From: an uncultured Candidatus Saccharibacteria bacterium
GTDB taxonomy: Bacteria > Patescibacteriota > Dojkabacteria > JAHIVN01
DNA: 64,000 bases
NCBI GenBank assembly: GCA_964572065.1
Contig: CAZNER010000001.1
Span: 504 to 64,503, forward strand
Direction of reading: 5' to 3'
In this document: in pieces, positions 1 to 7,659 of the stretch
Numbering within the stretch: position 1 is the first letter of the stretch
Layout: every line of letters starts with the position of its first letter
Program-made: the position numbers and the translations under genes
The notes under the pieces: generated by a model
Seen by the model: the letters and a program-made list of their open reading frames with translations, nothing else
What the model was told of the DNA's origin: nothing
Database searches by the model: none

Positions 1-62
1 CCACTACTTGTTTTTTATAATTATCGGTTGATATAGTAATATCTAAAACTAAGATAGCTTTT

Positions 63-800
63 TTACTTTTCTTTCTCTATCATTTCTAATAATGGAAAAC
101 TTGAAATAGTTTGATTTAATATTTTAAATCTTGATACTATTCGCCTTTTGAATTTATAATTTTTTATATTAAAATCTCTATATCCAAATTCAATAGATAA
201 ATTTTTAAAATCCGTCTTTAAAACTTCAGTATTGTTCACCCAATTTATAATTCTAGTAGCAGGAATCCTTACAAACATAATATCCAATTTTGATTTCTTT
301 ATTCTTCTATCTGACCATGATTTATTAATATATGTAGATAGTACAAACCAATCTTTGAATTGATTTACTATTTCTAAAGGTAGTATTAAACAAGCTTTCG
401 TGTGGGTAATCAACCCTTCAATAAGTTCTTGGGAATAAATATAAGTTTTATATAGTGGTTCTTTTAATTCATATACAAAAAAACTATAATAAGTCTTGGG
501 GTTTGTAAAGGGGAATTCTGTATTTATTAAATCTTTATAATACTGCTGCTGTCCTAAATCAAAAGTAAATCTATTACTTAAAGAACTGGCTTTTACTTCG
601 TATAATATATCCTGAAAACCTTTCCATACTATAACATCAGGATACATTTCCTGTCCTACTGCTTTATTGTTATATTCTCCATTAAATATTTTTGCCGCTA
701 GTATCTCATAAAATTGTCCTATAATAACTTTAGTTTTTGAAGCTGTTAATAATTCTTCGTTGTTATTGTTATTTTCTCGTAACCATTTCGGTATGGGCAT
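63..800 (-). CDS. PD-(D/E)xK nuclease-fold protein, function unknown
   Basis: 245-aa ORF. The stretch YPDVIVWKGFQDILYEVKAS fits a PD...(D/E)xK catalytic core. No other domain recognised. Confidence 0.45.
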   Translation of the reverse strand: MPIPKWLRENNNNNEELLTASKTKVIIGQFYEILAAKIFNGEYNNKAVGQEMYPDVIVWKGFQDILYEVKASSLSNRFTFDLGQQQYYKDLINTEFPFTNPKTYYSFFVYELKEPLYKTYIYSQELIEGLITHTKACLILPLEIVNQFKDWFVLSTYINKSWSDRRIKKSKLDIMFVRIPATRIINWVNNTEVLKTDFKNLSIEFGYRDFNIKNYKFKRRIVSRFKILNQTISSFPLLEMIEKEK

Positions 801-811
801 ACTTTATTTCA

Positions 812-1045
812 TCAATTTGATATCTTCTTATTTTTTTGCTTCTTCTTTTGAATAGCTTTTTTATAATCAAGATCTTCAGCGATAATAGTTAAAGCAACTT
901 TCCTCAAATGTCGTTTTCTTTCTTTTAAAAGAATGGAGCCTTCCCAAATAGTCTTCTCTAATGTGTCCAATAATTCCGGTAAAGTAACACCGAGTTCTGT
1001 GTTGTCAAATTTTTCAAAATAACCTGTTATTCTTTTTTTAATCAT
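812..1045 (-). CDS. hypothetical small protein with Lys-rich C-terminus
   Basis: 77-aa ORF, co-directional, 11 nt upstream of the next gene. GGAGGAA lies upstream of the ATG. Confidence 0.4.
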   Translation of the reverse strand: MIKKRITGYFEKFDNTELGVTLPELLDTLEKTIWEGSILLKERKRHLRKVALTIIAEDLDYKKAIQKKKQKNKKISN

Positions 1046-1282
1046 AATTACTATTCCTCCTATTATATATTATAAAATTTTTATCATAATTCTATAATTT
1101 TTCTTCTACTTTCTCAAACGCCTTATATTCCCCTTTTATATCTGGAAAATACTGAGGCAATTTAGTTAGTCTTTTGCCGCGCATATAATCTCCAAGGAAA
1201 AATTTATTGCAACCAACTAACGTCTGCGGATATGAGACGTTTCAATGTTTTATATCTGCTGTTGTACGCTGTGCTGATTTTT

Positions 1283-1486
1283 TCAAAATGGTAATTCGTC
1301 ATTTTGTATTCTGTTTTGATATTCTTCATATTCTCGTTCTTGTTCAGCCCGTCTTTCTTCTTCACGCTGTTGTTGCATTCGTTCACAATATTCAGGATTT
1401 CTATCATAAAAATCCTGTTCTCTGCGTATTCTTTGAATACACGATGATGGCAACACACATCCTGTTGGAAATTCTGGTCTGCTCAT
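1283..1486 (-). CDS. hypothetical highly charged small protein
   Basis: 67-aa ORF with AAGGAG 6 nt upstream of the ATG. E/R/Q-rich. Preferred over the overlapping alternative frames 1204..1458 and 1207..1488. Confidence 0.45.
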   Translation of the reverse strand: MSRPEFPTGCVLPSSCIQRIRREQDFYDRNPEYCERMQQQREEERRAEQEREYEEYQNRIQNDELPF

Positions 1487-1505
1487 AAATTACTCCTTTT
1501 AATAA

Positions 1506-1715
1506 TTAAAATCGGCATTGCATACAACGGTTCGGCAAACGGATGCCGCAACCTCTATTATTTTTTAACTTCTCACACAAATCACATAATAAATCAAACC
1601 ACCCATCTCCACAATCAATACCCCAACACATACATGTTTGAGACATTGGTAAATACCTTTCTCTAAACATATTGTTAAACCTTTTAAATAACCTATCTTG
1701 TAATTTTTTTGTCAT
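1506..1715 (-). CDS. Cys-rich small protein
   Basis: 69-aa ORF with many Cys (CMCWGIDCGDGW...CDLC...CG...CMQC). AAGGAA lies upstream. Confidence 0.5.
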   Translation of the reverse strand: MTKKLQDRLFKRFNNMFRERYLPMSQTCMCWGIDCGDGWFDLLCDLCEKLKNNRGCGIRLPNRCMQCRF

Positions 1716-1753
1716 AATATAATTCCTTATTACTAAAATTCTAACGGGTGTTT

Positions 1754-1903
1754 TTATAAACTTTCACAGTAGGCATCTAACGCTACTATACAAGCTTCTC
1801 TAGAATTATACGGCCCATATTCATGAGCCCACACTTCATCCCAGAAATACCACTTATCATCATCTTTCTGATGAATTATTATGTCTTCCATTTCTTGTTG
1901 CAT
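1754..1903 (-). CDS. unannotated 49-aa ORF
   Basis: Hand-translated MQQEMEDIIIHQKDDDKWYFWDEVWAHEYGPYNSREACIVALDAYCESL with no internal stops. AGGGGGTTAAGGA lies directly upstream of the ATG. Below the 60-aa cutoff of the ORF track. Confidence 0.4.
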   Translation of the reverse strand: MQQEMEDIIIHQKDDDKWYFWDEVWAHEYGPYNSREACIVALDAYCESL

Positions 1904-2042
1904 TCCTTAACCCCCTACAATCTTTTTACTATTTAAATATATTTTCCGAAAAACCCATACTCGCCTACAGTTAAATCTTTAAATTACAAACATATACACC
2001 TGATGACTATATAAAATATGGGGTAATTGTTTAAAAATCATT

Positions 2043-2058
2043 CTATAATAATATACAA
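2043..2058. repeat. 16-nt exact repeat (copy 1) in an AT-rich intergenic region
   Basis: ctataataatatacaa is identical to 19197..19212. Minus strand reads TTGTATATTATTATAG. Confidence 0.8.
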
Positions 2059-2412
2059 AAAATATAATATAACAGAAGTATAAAAATATTAAAAAATAAA
2101 CTATATAAATTATTGAATTATATAAAGATAAGTTTAAAATTTCTTATTCCTTATTATTCTTCTGGCAAACAAGTTAAAATGCGTCTTCGCTAAATGGGTA
2201 GGTATCCTCGATCTCATCCTCATAATTGCCGCCACTTCCAATACTGTATGATGGATGGTCTGACGAGGTATTGAACCTTCCAAACACCTCCCAATAACCG
2301 CCGCAGTTAATTATCGTTATATTATTATGTACATCTTGTATATCAAGTAGTGCTGACGCAAGAGTATCGTATGTTACGCGTCTGTGTATATCCCCTTCTT
2401 TTTACTCCTCCC

Positions 2413-2712
2413 TTAATTATTCTTATTTTTTATGCTTTCAGCTATTTTTTCGCCTAGCATTTTAAACCGGTCCGAAGGTTCTTTTAATAAATTATCAATA
2501 TTTTCTACTTCTAATCCCTTACAAAAAGCTACAAGCTTCTCCTTGTAAATATCCTTTATAATCTCTGGTATGTAATATTTACATATTGAATAACCAGGAT
2601 CGCCGTTTTTAAGTTTGACATCGCAATGGGCTATAAATTTATCATTTCCTTGATGCGTACATTTTTTATTAAGACACTTAATATTTAATTGTCTTTCATT
2701 TTCAAAGCTCAT
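2413..2712 (-). CDS. hypothetical Cys/His-containing small protein
   Basis: 99-aa ORF with CLNKKCTH...HC. AGGAGGATAAATA lies upstream of the ATG. Confidence 0.5.
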   Translation of the reverse strand: MSFENERQLNIKCLNKKCTHQGNDKFIAHCDVKLKNGDPGYSICKYYIPEIIKDIYKEKLVAFCKGLEVENIDNLLKEPSDRFKMLGEKIAESIKNKNN

Positions 2713-2824
2713 TATTTATCCTCCTTTCTGCTAACTCTTTGCTTGTTTTAAATATATTTTTTATTTCAATACCATAATAGGTACAAATCTCATTCATCCA
2801 AATCGCAAAATAACCATCTTTCAT
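2702..2824 (-). CDS. possible 40-aa ORF, or the 3' part of a frameshifted gene
   Basis: MKDGYFAIWMNEICTYYGIEIKNIFKTSKELAERRINNEL. The frame stays open upstream to 2878 without a start codon. Overlaps the next gene's start by 11 nt. Confidence 0.3.
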   Translation of the reverse strand: MKDGYFAIWMNEICTYYGIEIKNIFKTSKELAERRINNEL

Positions 2825-2912
2825 AACGCACTCTATTCCTTCTTTGTGAAATAGTACCTCTTCGTTTAATGCTGCTTCTTATATTTATCATACCTTCTTT
2901 TGTAAAACTCAT
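2790..2912 (-). CDS. possible 40-aa ORF, or the 5' part of a frameshifted gene
   Basis: ATGA overlap with the stop of 2909..3133. The N-terminus MSFTKEGMINI is followed by an Arg-rich tail that looks non-native. Confidence 0.25.
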   Translation of the reverse strand: MSFTKEGMINIRSSIKRRGTISQRRNRVRYERWLFCDLDE

Positions 2913-3133
2913 ATATTATCCTTATTACTGTCTAAATTAAACATATCTTTAAAAAAATCGGGCATATCATTATTTTTTCTATCGCCTTCTTTATACATTA
3001 AATCTGCAGAAGCTGCTTTAGTAGTTAATTGTTCAAAACAACTATTACACAAATAAATAGTAGTTTTTAACATCTTCCCTTTGCTTATTTCTCCTAATAG
3101 CTTATTACAGTTGTTGCAATGTTTTCTAGGCAT
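2909..3133 (-). CDS. zinc-ribbon small protein
   Basis: 74-aa ORF with two CxxC pairs (CNNC ... CNSC). Confidence 0.5.
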   Translation of the reverse strand: MPRKHCNNCNKLLGEISKGKMLKTTIYLCNSCFEQLTTKAASADLMYKEGDRKNNDMPDFFKDMFNLDSNKDNI

Positions 3134-3278
3134 TTTTGTTTGTTCTTTCTTGTTTTTCTAAATCAAAACATAACATCATAAATTCCTTGCCGTGTGCTGT
3201 GGGCTCAAATAATTTCCCGCCTAATCTTTTGAGCGGCGAATTTTCAGTAGAAATGTCTAATGAACACCTTACTTCCAT
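3126..3278 (-). CDS. unannotated small ORF (50 aa from the first ATG; frame open to 3347)
   Basis: The frame 3126..3347 is open for 73 codons and overlaps the downstream ATG (ATGCCTAG). The first ATG/GTG/TTG is at 3278. AAGGAG at 3330..3335 lies 6 nt from an in-frame ATA at 3321..3323. Confidence 0.35.
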   Translation of the reverse strand: MEVRCSLDISTENSPLKRLGGKLFEPTAHGKEFMMLCFDLEKQERTNKNA

Positions 3279-3336
3279 ATCAGGGTTTTCTAAAAGGTAT
3301 TTGGCTAATTCATGAGATTTTATTTTTAACTCCTTT

Positions 3337-3543
3337 TTAATTAGAAATTAACTTCTTATCTATTTCTTTATAATCTTTTCTGACTGTGTGGCCTTTACAA
3401 CTCCAAAAATCCGCGCATTTAGAATTTTTAGACTCTCTAAAAGTTGCCTGGTATGACTGATAAATAGAAGGATAAGCCATGTACCGATAACATTTACGTC
3501 TCACTTTACAAGAAGTATCTTCACACATTGTAATATCTGCCAC
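3337..3543 (-). CDS. Cys-rich small protein
   Basis: 68-aa ORF with CEDTSCKVRRKC...C...C. Its start abuts the patatin gene stop. Confidence 0.5.
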   Translation of the reverse strand: MADITMCEDTSCKVRRKCYRYMAYPSIYQSYQATFRESKNSKCADFWSCKGHTVRKDYKEIDKKLISN

Positions 3544-4502
3544 TATTTTACCCCCCTTTTAAAATCTGTATACAAAGCTTCTCCATATAGTCTATAAAGA
3601 TAAATATGTTTTATAGAATCTAATTTATCAGCTTCTTTTGGTATAAAACAATCCATTCTTTTAACTTTTATATTATCATACAAATTAGCTATGTATATAG
3701 CTCTTCTTATTTGTTCAATAGTAGATTCAATTCTTGCTTGCATTGGGTATTTTATTGCTTCTTTTATTATTCCTGTTTTTACTTTATTAAATGGTTTAAT
3801 ATAATTTGTGGTACCACAACCGAGGGATAAAACTTCTATACCTCCAGGTTCCATAGAAACCCAACCTGTAGCTACAGCTTCTAATATAACTTCTTCTAAA
3901 GTACAATTGTTTGTACCTTGACCGCCGTCTTGCCATATAGCTCCTTTAAAAGTTCTAGATATTGGATATATATAATTATCTGTCCATTCATAATTAGAAT
4001 CTTTTATAGATCCGAAATAATAAGCTGCAGATAAAGCAGAATTGGCTATAATATCTATTAATTTCATATCTTGGTCTTTTATACTCCATGATTTAAAAAA
4101 GTGAGTGCGAGATGAACATAAATTGAAAGCGGTAGTCATTAAATCTGTTTGTAAATCTTTTAATCTTATATTACTATTATTATTGTTGTTATGCGTATCT
4201 AATACTTTTTTTAAATAATCAATAAAAACCTTTCTATCATATTTGGCTTTGTTCCTCTTAAAGAATCTAAAAGGTCTTGGCGTAAATAATATAGGATTGT
4301 ATTTAATATATATTTCTTTAATTACTGATATATCTACTCCCGCTGCAAGACAACCGCCTATTATACTACCTGTAGAAGTGCCGCTTATCATATCAAAATA
4401 TTTATGAAGAGGTTGTTTGATATCTTTTTGCAATAAATCTAAAAATATTACTGGTATAAGACCTTTTATACCTCCACCATCTATTTGTAGAATTCTTTTC
4501 AT
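3543..4502 (-). CDS. patatin-like phospholipase
   Basis: Oxyanion motif DGGGIKG, nucleophile elbow GTSTG (GxSxG) and the dyad Asp motif QDGG, all in canonical order. Confidence 0.85.
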   Translation of the reverse strand: MKRILQIDGGGIKGLIPVIFLDLLQKDIKQPLHKYFDMISGTSTGSIIGGCLAAGVDISVIKEIYIKYNPILFTPRPFRFFKRNKAKYDRKVFIDYLKKVLDTHNNNNNSNIRLKDLQTDLMTTAFNLCSSRTHFFKSWSIKDQDMKLIDIIANSALSAAYYFGSIKDSNYEWTDNYIYPISRTFKGAIWQDGGQGTNNCTLEEVILEAVATGWVSMEPGGIEVLSLGCGTTNYIKPFNKVKTGIIKEAIKYPMQARIESTIEQIRRAIYIANLYDNIKVKRMDCFIPKEADKLDSIKHIYLYRLYGEALYTDFKRGVK

Positions 4503-4633
4503 TTAGTATAACCTTTCTTTTTTATATGTACGTTTCCTCCTTGATGGGGCATATACTTTCTTATAGTATATAGTGTAAAAATAAAAACTATTAATAATAT
4601 TGACATAATAATTATAAAACACATATTACTCAT
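4499..4633 (-). CDS. unannotated 44-aa single-pass membrane protein
   Basis: MSNMCFIIIMSILLIVFIFTLYTIRKYMPHQGGNVHIKKKGYTK. GGAAGGAA lies upstream. ATGA overlap with the patatin start. Confidence 0.45.
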   Translation of the reverse strand: MSNMCFIIIMSILLIVFIFTLYTIRKYMPHQGGNVHIKKKGYTK

Positions 4634-4648
4634 TTTTATTCCTTCCTA

Positions 4649-4963
4649 TTAAAGTCTTATTAATATAAAACCTGATAATATAAAACCGAAACCGACCCAA
4701 TTAATAAATTTATAGTGTATAGCGCAACCAAGTAAAATAAACATAAAATATTGACCAATAAAAAGTAAAGTATCATATAAAAGAGCGTCAAATAATAATC
4801 TTTTAGATGATCTGCTTATAATAGCCCAAAAAGGACAAAAACCCATGGCAAGAGTAAGTATAAACCATTTTATAGAATCTGCGGTATTATTCTGTTTAGA
4901 TATATAAGCATATAAAGCATACCATAATATGACAGCTATAGGCCACCAGAGATAATATTTCAT
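4649..4963 (-). CDS. small multi-pass membrane protein (3-4 predicted TM segments)
   Basis: 104-aa ORF dominated by hydrophobic stretches separated by short polar loops. Confidence 0.55.
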   Translation of the reverse strand: MKYYLWWPIAVILWYALYAYISKQNNTADSIKWFILTLAMGFCPFWAIISRSSKRLLFDALLYDTLLFIGQYFMFILLGCAIHYKFINWVGFGFILSGFILIRL

Positions 4964-5262
4964 ACAAAAAAAGTTTTCATTTTAGGGTTTGTCTTGAAAT
5001 TTTTAAGTTTTTCTTTAAAAAATTTCGTATTAGCAATACTATCTTTTAATATTTGATTGTAACAAGCAATTCTTGTTTTTAAACCCTTTAAATATTCAGA
5101 TCTTTTCCTATTTATTCTACGATTAATACATTTAGAACATATAGCTACTCTATGCCATAGATAAGAATCCTCTTCTACAAAATAAATAGTTTTCTTTTTT
5201 ATAACCTTGCCGCAAATATAACACTTATGATTTTTATTGGCTTTTCTTTTTACGTATGGCAT
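4960..5262 (-). CDS. zinc-ribbon small basic protein
   Basis: 100-aa ORF with CYICG ... CSKC. Confidence 0.5.
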   Translation of the reverse strand: MPYVKRKANKNHKCYICGKVIKKKTIYFVEEDSYLWHRVAICSKCINRRINRKRSEYLKGLKTRIACYNQILKDSIANTKFFKEKLKNFKTNPKMKTFFV

Positions 5263-5265
5263 TTA

Positions 5266-5682
5266 TTACTCCTTTACCCAATTTTTCCCCTTCCAAACTT
5301 TATTATATTTTTTATACATCGCAAACCCAAGCCACAATTGTTCCATAGATGCCGCCCCAAATAATGGAGGAGCAAAGTTTTCTTTTGCCCATTCATATAC
5401 TTCTTTTAACAGAATTACGTTATCTCCATAAAGATACCACCCATTTTTATCATTTTTTAATATATCCTGCAGTTGTTCTTGTCTCGGAAGCCAAATGTAA
5501 GTACCTCTAATACTTATAACAGTAGTTACTTGATATATACAAACAGTATGAGAAATTGGATCAATATAATAATCTCCTAACTCTAGCGTATACCTCATTG
5601 CTGTTTTTTTATGCTTTTTTCTATAATCTTGTATCTCTACTGCTTTTTTACATAATTCTATATATTTTTCGCTTACATCCAT
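5266..5682 (-). CDS. hypothetical protein
   Basis: 138-aa ORF, tightly packed with its neighbours. Confidence 0.55.
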   Translation of the reverse strand: MDVSEKYIELCKKAVEIQDYRKKHKKTAMRYTLELGDYYIDPISHTVCIYQVTTVISIRGTYIWLPRQEQLQDILKNDKNGWYLYGDNVILLKEVYEWAKENFAPPLFGAASMEQLWLGFAMYKKYNKVWKGKNWVKE

Positions 5683-5683
5683 T

Positions 5684-5974
5684 TTAAAACTCCCTATCTA
5701 TTTTAACAATATTTATTCCGTACTCTAATACAGGAAAATCGCTTTCCATTATTTCATCATAAAGACTCTCGGCTTCTTGCCGTGCTTCTTCTTTAGTTTT
5801 AAATACACTACATCCTTTCCATATTTTCCTAGCGTTAATTATATGAATATCAGGATCATCTGTTTCGCTATTCGTAGCAGCATCCCATTGATAATTCTCT
5901 ATAGCCTGCGTATGAACTACTCTATACTCCCCCTTAAGTGTTTCTAATATATAAATACCGTTATCTGCTGACAC
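5684..5974 (-). CDS. hypothetical protein
   Basis: 96-aa ORF, co-directional. Confidence 0.55.
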   Translation of the reverse strand: MSADNGIYILETLKGEYRVVHTQAIENYQWDAATNSETDDPDIHIINARKIWKGCSVFKTKEEARQEAESLYDEIMESDFPVLEYGINIVKIDREF

Positions 5975-6010
5975 GTTATTCTCCCTTTTATGATTTTTTC
6001 GATACTATAA

Positions 6011-6232
6011 TTAAATTAAATCGTGTTTTTCTGCCAACCAAAAAGGTACCCAAATATATTTATCATCATAATCTATTTGAGATTTTGGTAACCAAATACT
6101 TTCTTTACATTTCTTTAATTTTACTAAAATAGCTTTATCAGTTTCATGTTCTATATCTTCATACTCATAACATTCCCGTTCATTATTAAAATCCCCATCG
6201 TTATAATTGCTATAAAAATTATCAAAATCCAT
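6011..6232 (-). CDS. hypothetical acidic small protein
   Basis: 73-aa ORF with no SD. The ATG lies 9 nt downstream of a TATATT hexamer (6242..6247). Confidence 0.5.
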   Translation of the reverse strand: MDFDNFYSNYNDGDFNNERECYEYEDIEHETDKAILVKLKKCKESIWLPKSQIDYDDKYIWVPFWLAEKHDLI

Positions 6233-6278
6233 AATCTTTTAAATATACAAAAAGTATAAAAAAATTAAATACTTTCTC

Positions 6279-6316
6279 ATAAAAAACTGATACTTTTTTA
6301 TATAAAAATATCAGTT
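6279..6316 (-). terminator. Rho-independent terminator after the SLT gene
   Basis: Arms AACTGATA (6285..6292) and TATCAGTT (6309..6316) enclose the palindrome TTTTTATATAAAAA. On the minus strand the hairpin is followed by TTTTTT. Confidence 0.55.
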
Positions 6317-6343
6317 AAACGTAAATATACTGTAAAATTAAAA

Positions 6344-6952
6344 TTATATCAGGGAGTCCATAGCTTTTAACACCCTATTTCCGAAAATTTCCGGGTTTAC
6401 CCCCCGTTTAATCGAATAATCGCCCACGTTATATGCCTTTATACCTAAAATCAGGTTTTTGTGTTTTATAATACGGTCTCTTAAATATAAAGAACCTATT
6501 AAAACATTATAATAAGCATTATATAAGACATCTTTATAATATCTTATATTGTATTTTTCACACACTTCTTTTGCAGTAGAAGGTTTTACTTGCATTAATC
6601 CGATAGCAGATTCATATTTCTTATCATAATATAATTTAGTTCTTTTACTTTTTACATCCGGCCTAAAATTAGATTCTATTTGTATCATGGCAATTATTAA
6701 TTTCCAATCTAGGGCTGTTATTGTAGATACCTGGTTTATAATAAAAGTCAAATATAAAGTAGATACCCCTTTTTGCTTTTCTATCAAACTAGCATATATC
6801 CTATAAAATTGTTCTTGACTTTTATTTCTTGGTAAAATTTGATAATATTTAAGAGAAAAACCAGTTTTAAAATATTCTAAAAAGGGGGAGGTATTTACAG
6901 AAACAAAAATAAATAATATATATAAAAATGGATATAAAAATTTCATATTCAA
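6344..6952 (-). CDS. lytic transglycosylase (SLT domain) with N-terminal signal/anchor
   Basis: SLT motifs IESNF (catalytic Glu-Ser), GLMQV and AYNVG. Hydrophobic N-terminus. Confidence 0.8.
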   Translation of the reverse strand: MNMKFLYPFLYILFIFVSVNTSPFLEYFKTGFSLKYYQILPRNKSQEQFYRIYASLIEKQKGVSTLYLTFIINQVSTITALDWKLIIAMIQIESNFRPDVKSKRTKLYYDKKYESAIGLMQVKPSTAKEVCEKYNIRYYKDVLYNAYYNVLIGSLYLRDRIIKHKNLILGIKAYNVGDYSIKRGVNPEIFGNRVLKAMDSLI

Positions 6953-7428
6953 AAAATACTTTTCTTTGTTAATAAAGTAATCACTTTTTTAATATAAATA
7001 TGGGGTCTTTTAAATTTCTCTTGATTTTTAAATCTCGTACATATAGGAGAACAATTTCCATATAATAAACATTGAGTATCTTTTGGGATTTTAGTACCCG
7101 ATAAAACGTAAGTAATATCTTTATTGTGTAAAGAAAAAATACAATTAGAACATTTTTCAAAAAGTTTTCTACTGCAATTTCTATACATCTTAAAAAATTT
7201 ATATTCCTTTTCTAGAAAATATCTTTCCATATCAGTTTCAAAATATTCATACAAATTTTCACGTTTATGGGCAACATAACTAGAAGCAAAAGTAGAAGTA
7301 AAAGAAAACAAACTAGTACCTTCTTCTGCTTCATATCTAGTAGTAAAATAAGAAACAACAGAAGGTACTATATAATCCGGAATCTTTATAAGCTCTCGTT
7401 GGGTTAAAATGGTGTTTTGAATATTCAA
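6949..7428 (-). CDS. Cys-rich hypothetical protein
   Basis: 159-aa ORF with a TTG start preceded by GGGAG. Confidence 0.5.
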   Translation of the reverse strand: MNIQNTILTQRELIKIPDYIVPSVVSYFTTRYEAEEGTSLFSFTSTFASSYVAHKRENLYEYFETDMERYFLEKEYKFFKMYRNCSRKLFEKCSNCIFSLHNKDITYVLSGTKIPKDTQCLLYGNCSPICTRFKNQEKFKRPHIYIKKVITLLTKKSIF

Positions 7429-7450
7429 TATATAACTCCCATTAATTTAA

Positions 7451-7477
7451 ATTATACAAAAATTTAATAATTATCAA
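7451..7477 (-). promoter_or_regulatory. promoter-like element (TTGATA-15 nt-TATAAT, T-tract+GTATAAT motif)
   Basis: Minus strand reads TTGATAATTATTAAATTTTTGTATAATTTAAATTAATGGGAG upstream of 6949..7428. Confidence 0.4.
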
Positions 7478-7659
7478 GTCAATTTCCGCATATTTAAATG
7501 GGCATTAATAGTTACATCAGGAGTAGCTTTGTTGGGTTTATCAAGGGGAGATTTACGATATGGTTTATCAGGGGGACCTTCGGGTTGTCCTTTTCGAGGA
7601 TCATTTACAGTATTCCAAAGATTTTCTAATGTTCTATTTATATTAGGATTTTCATTCAT
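7474..7659 (-). CDS. hypothetical Pro/Lys-rich small protein
   Basis: 61-aa ORF with a 4-nt overlap with the upstream gene. Confidence 0.4.
   Translation of the reverse strand: MNENPNINRTLENLWNTVNDPRKGQPEGPPDKPYRKSPLDKPNKATPDVTINAHLNMRKLT

Noticed and set aside
1092-1184. 30-codon ORF (MRGKRLTKLPQYFPDIKGEYKAFEKVEEKL) with a GGAG 5 nt upstream.
   Set aside because: It is too short to support without comparative or expression data.
1204-1488. Alternative ORFs 1204..1458 (-) and 1207..1488 (+), which overlap 1283..1486.
   Set aside because: Only 1283..1486 has a good SD (AAGGAG, 6 nt). The other two frames lack ribosome-binding sites and are probably by-products of a locally GC-richer region.
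2402-2415. Programmed -1 frameshift or readthrough fusing 2413..2712 to the start-less frame 2174..2401.
   Set aside because: The downstream frame is -1 relative to the upstream ORF, but it contains its own TAA at 2402..2404, downstream of the upstream stop. No single shift can join them.
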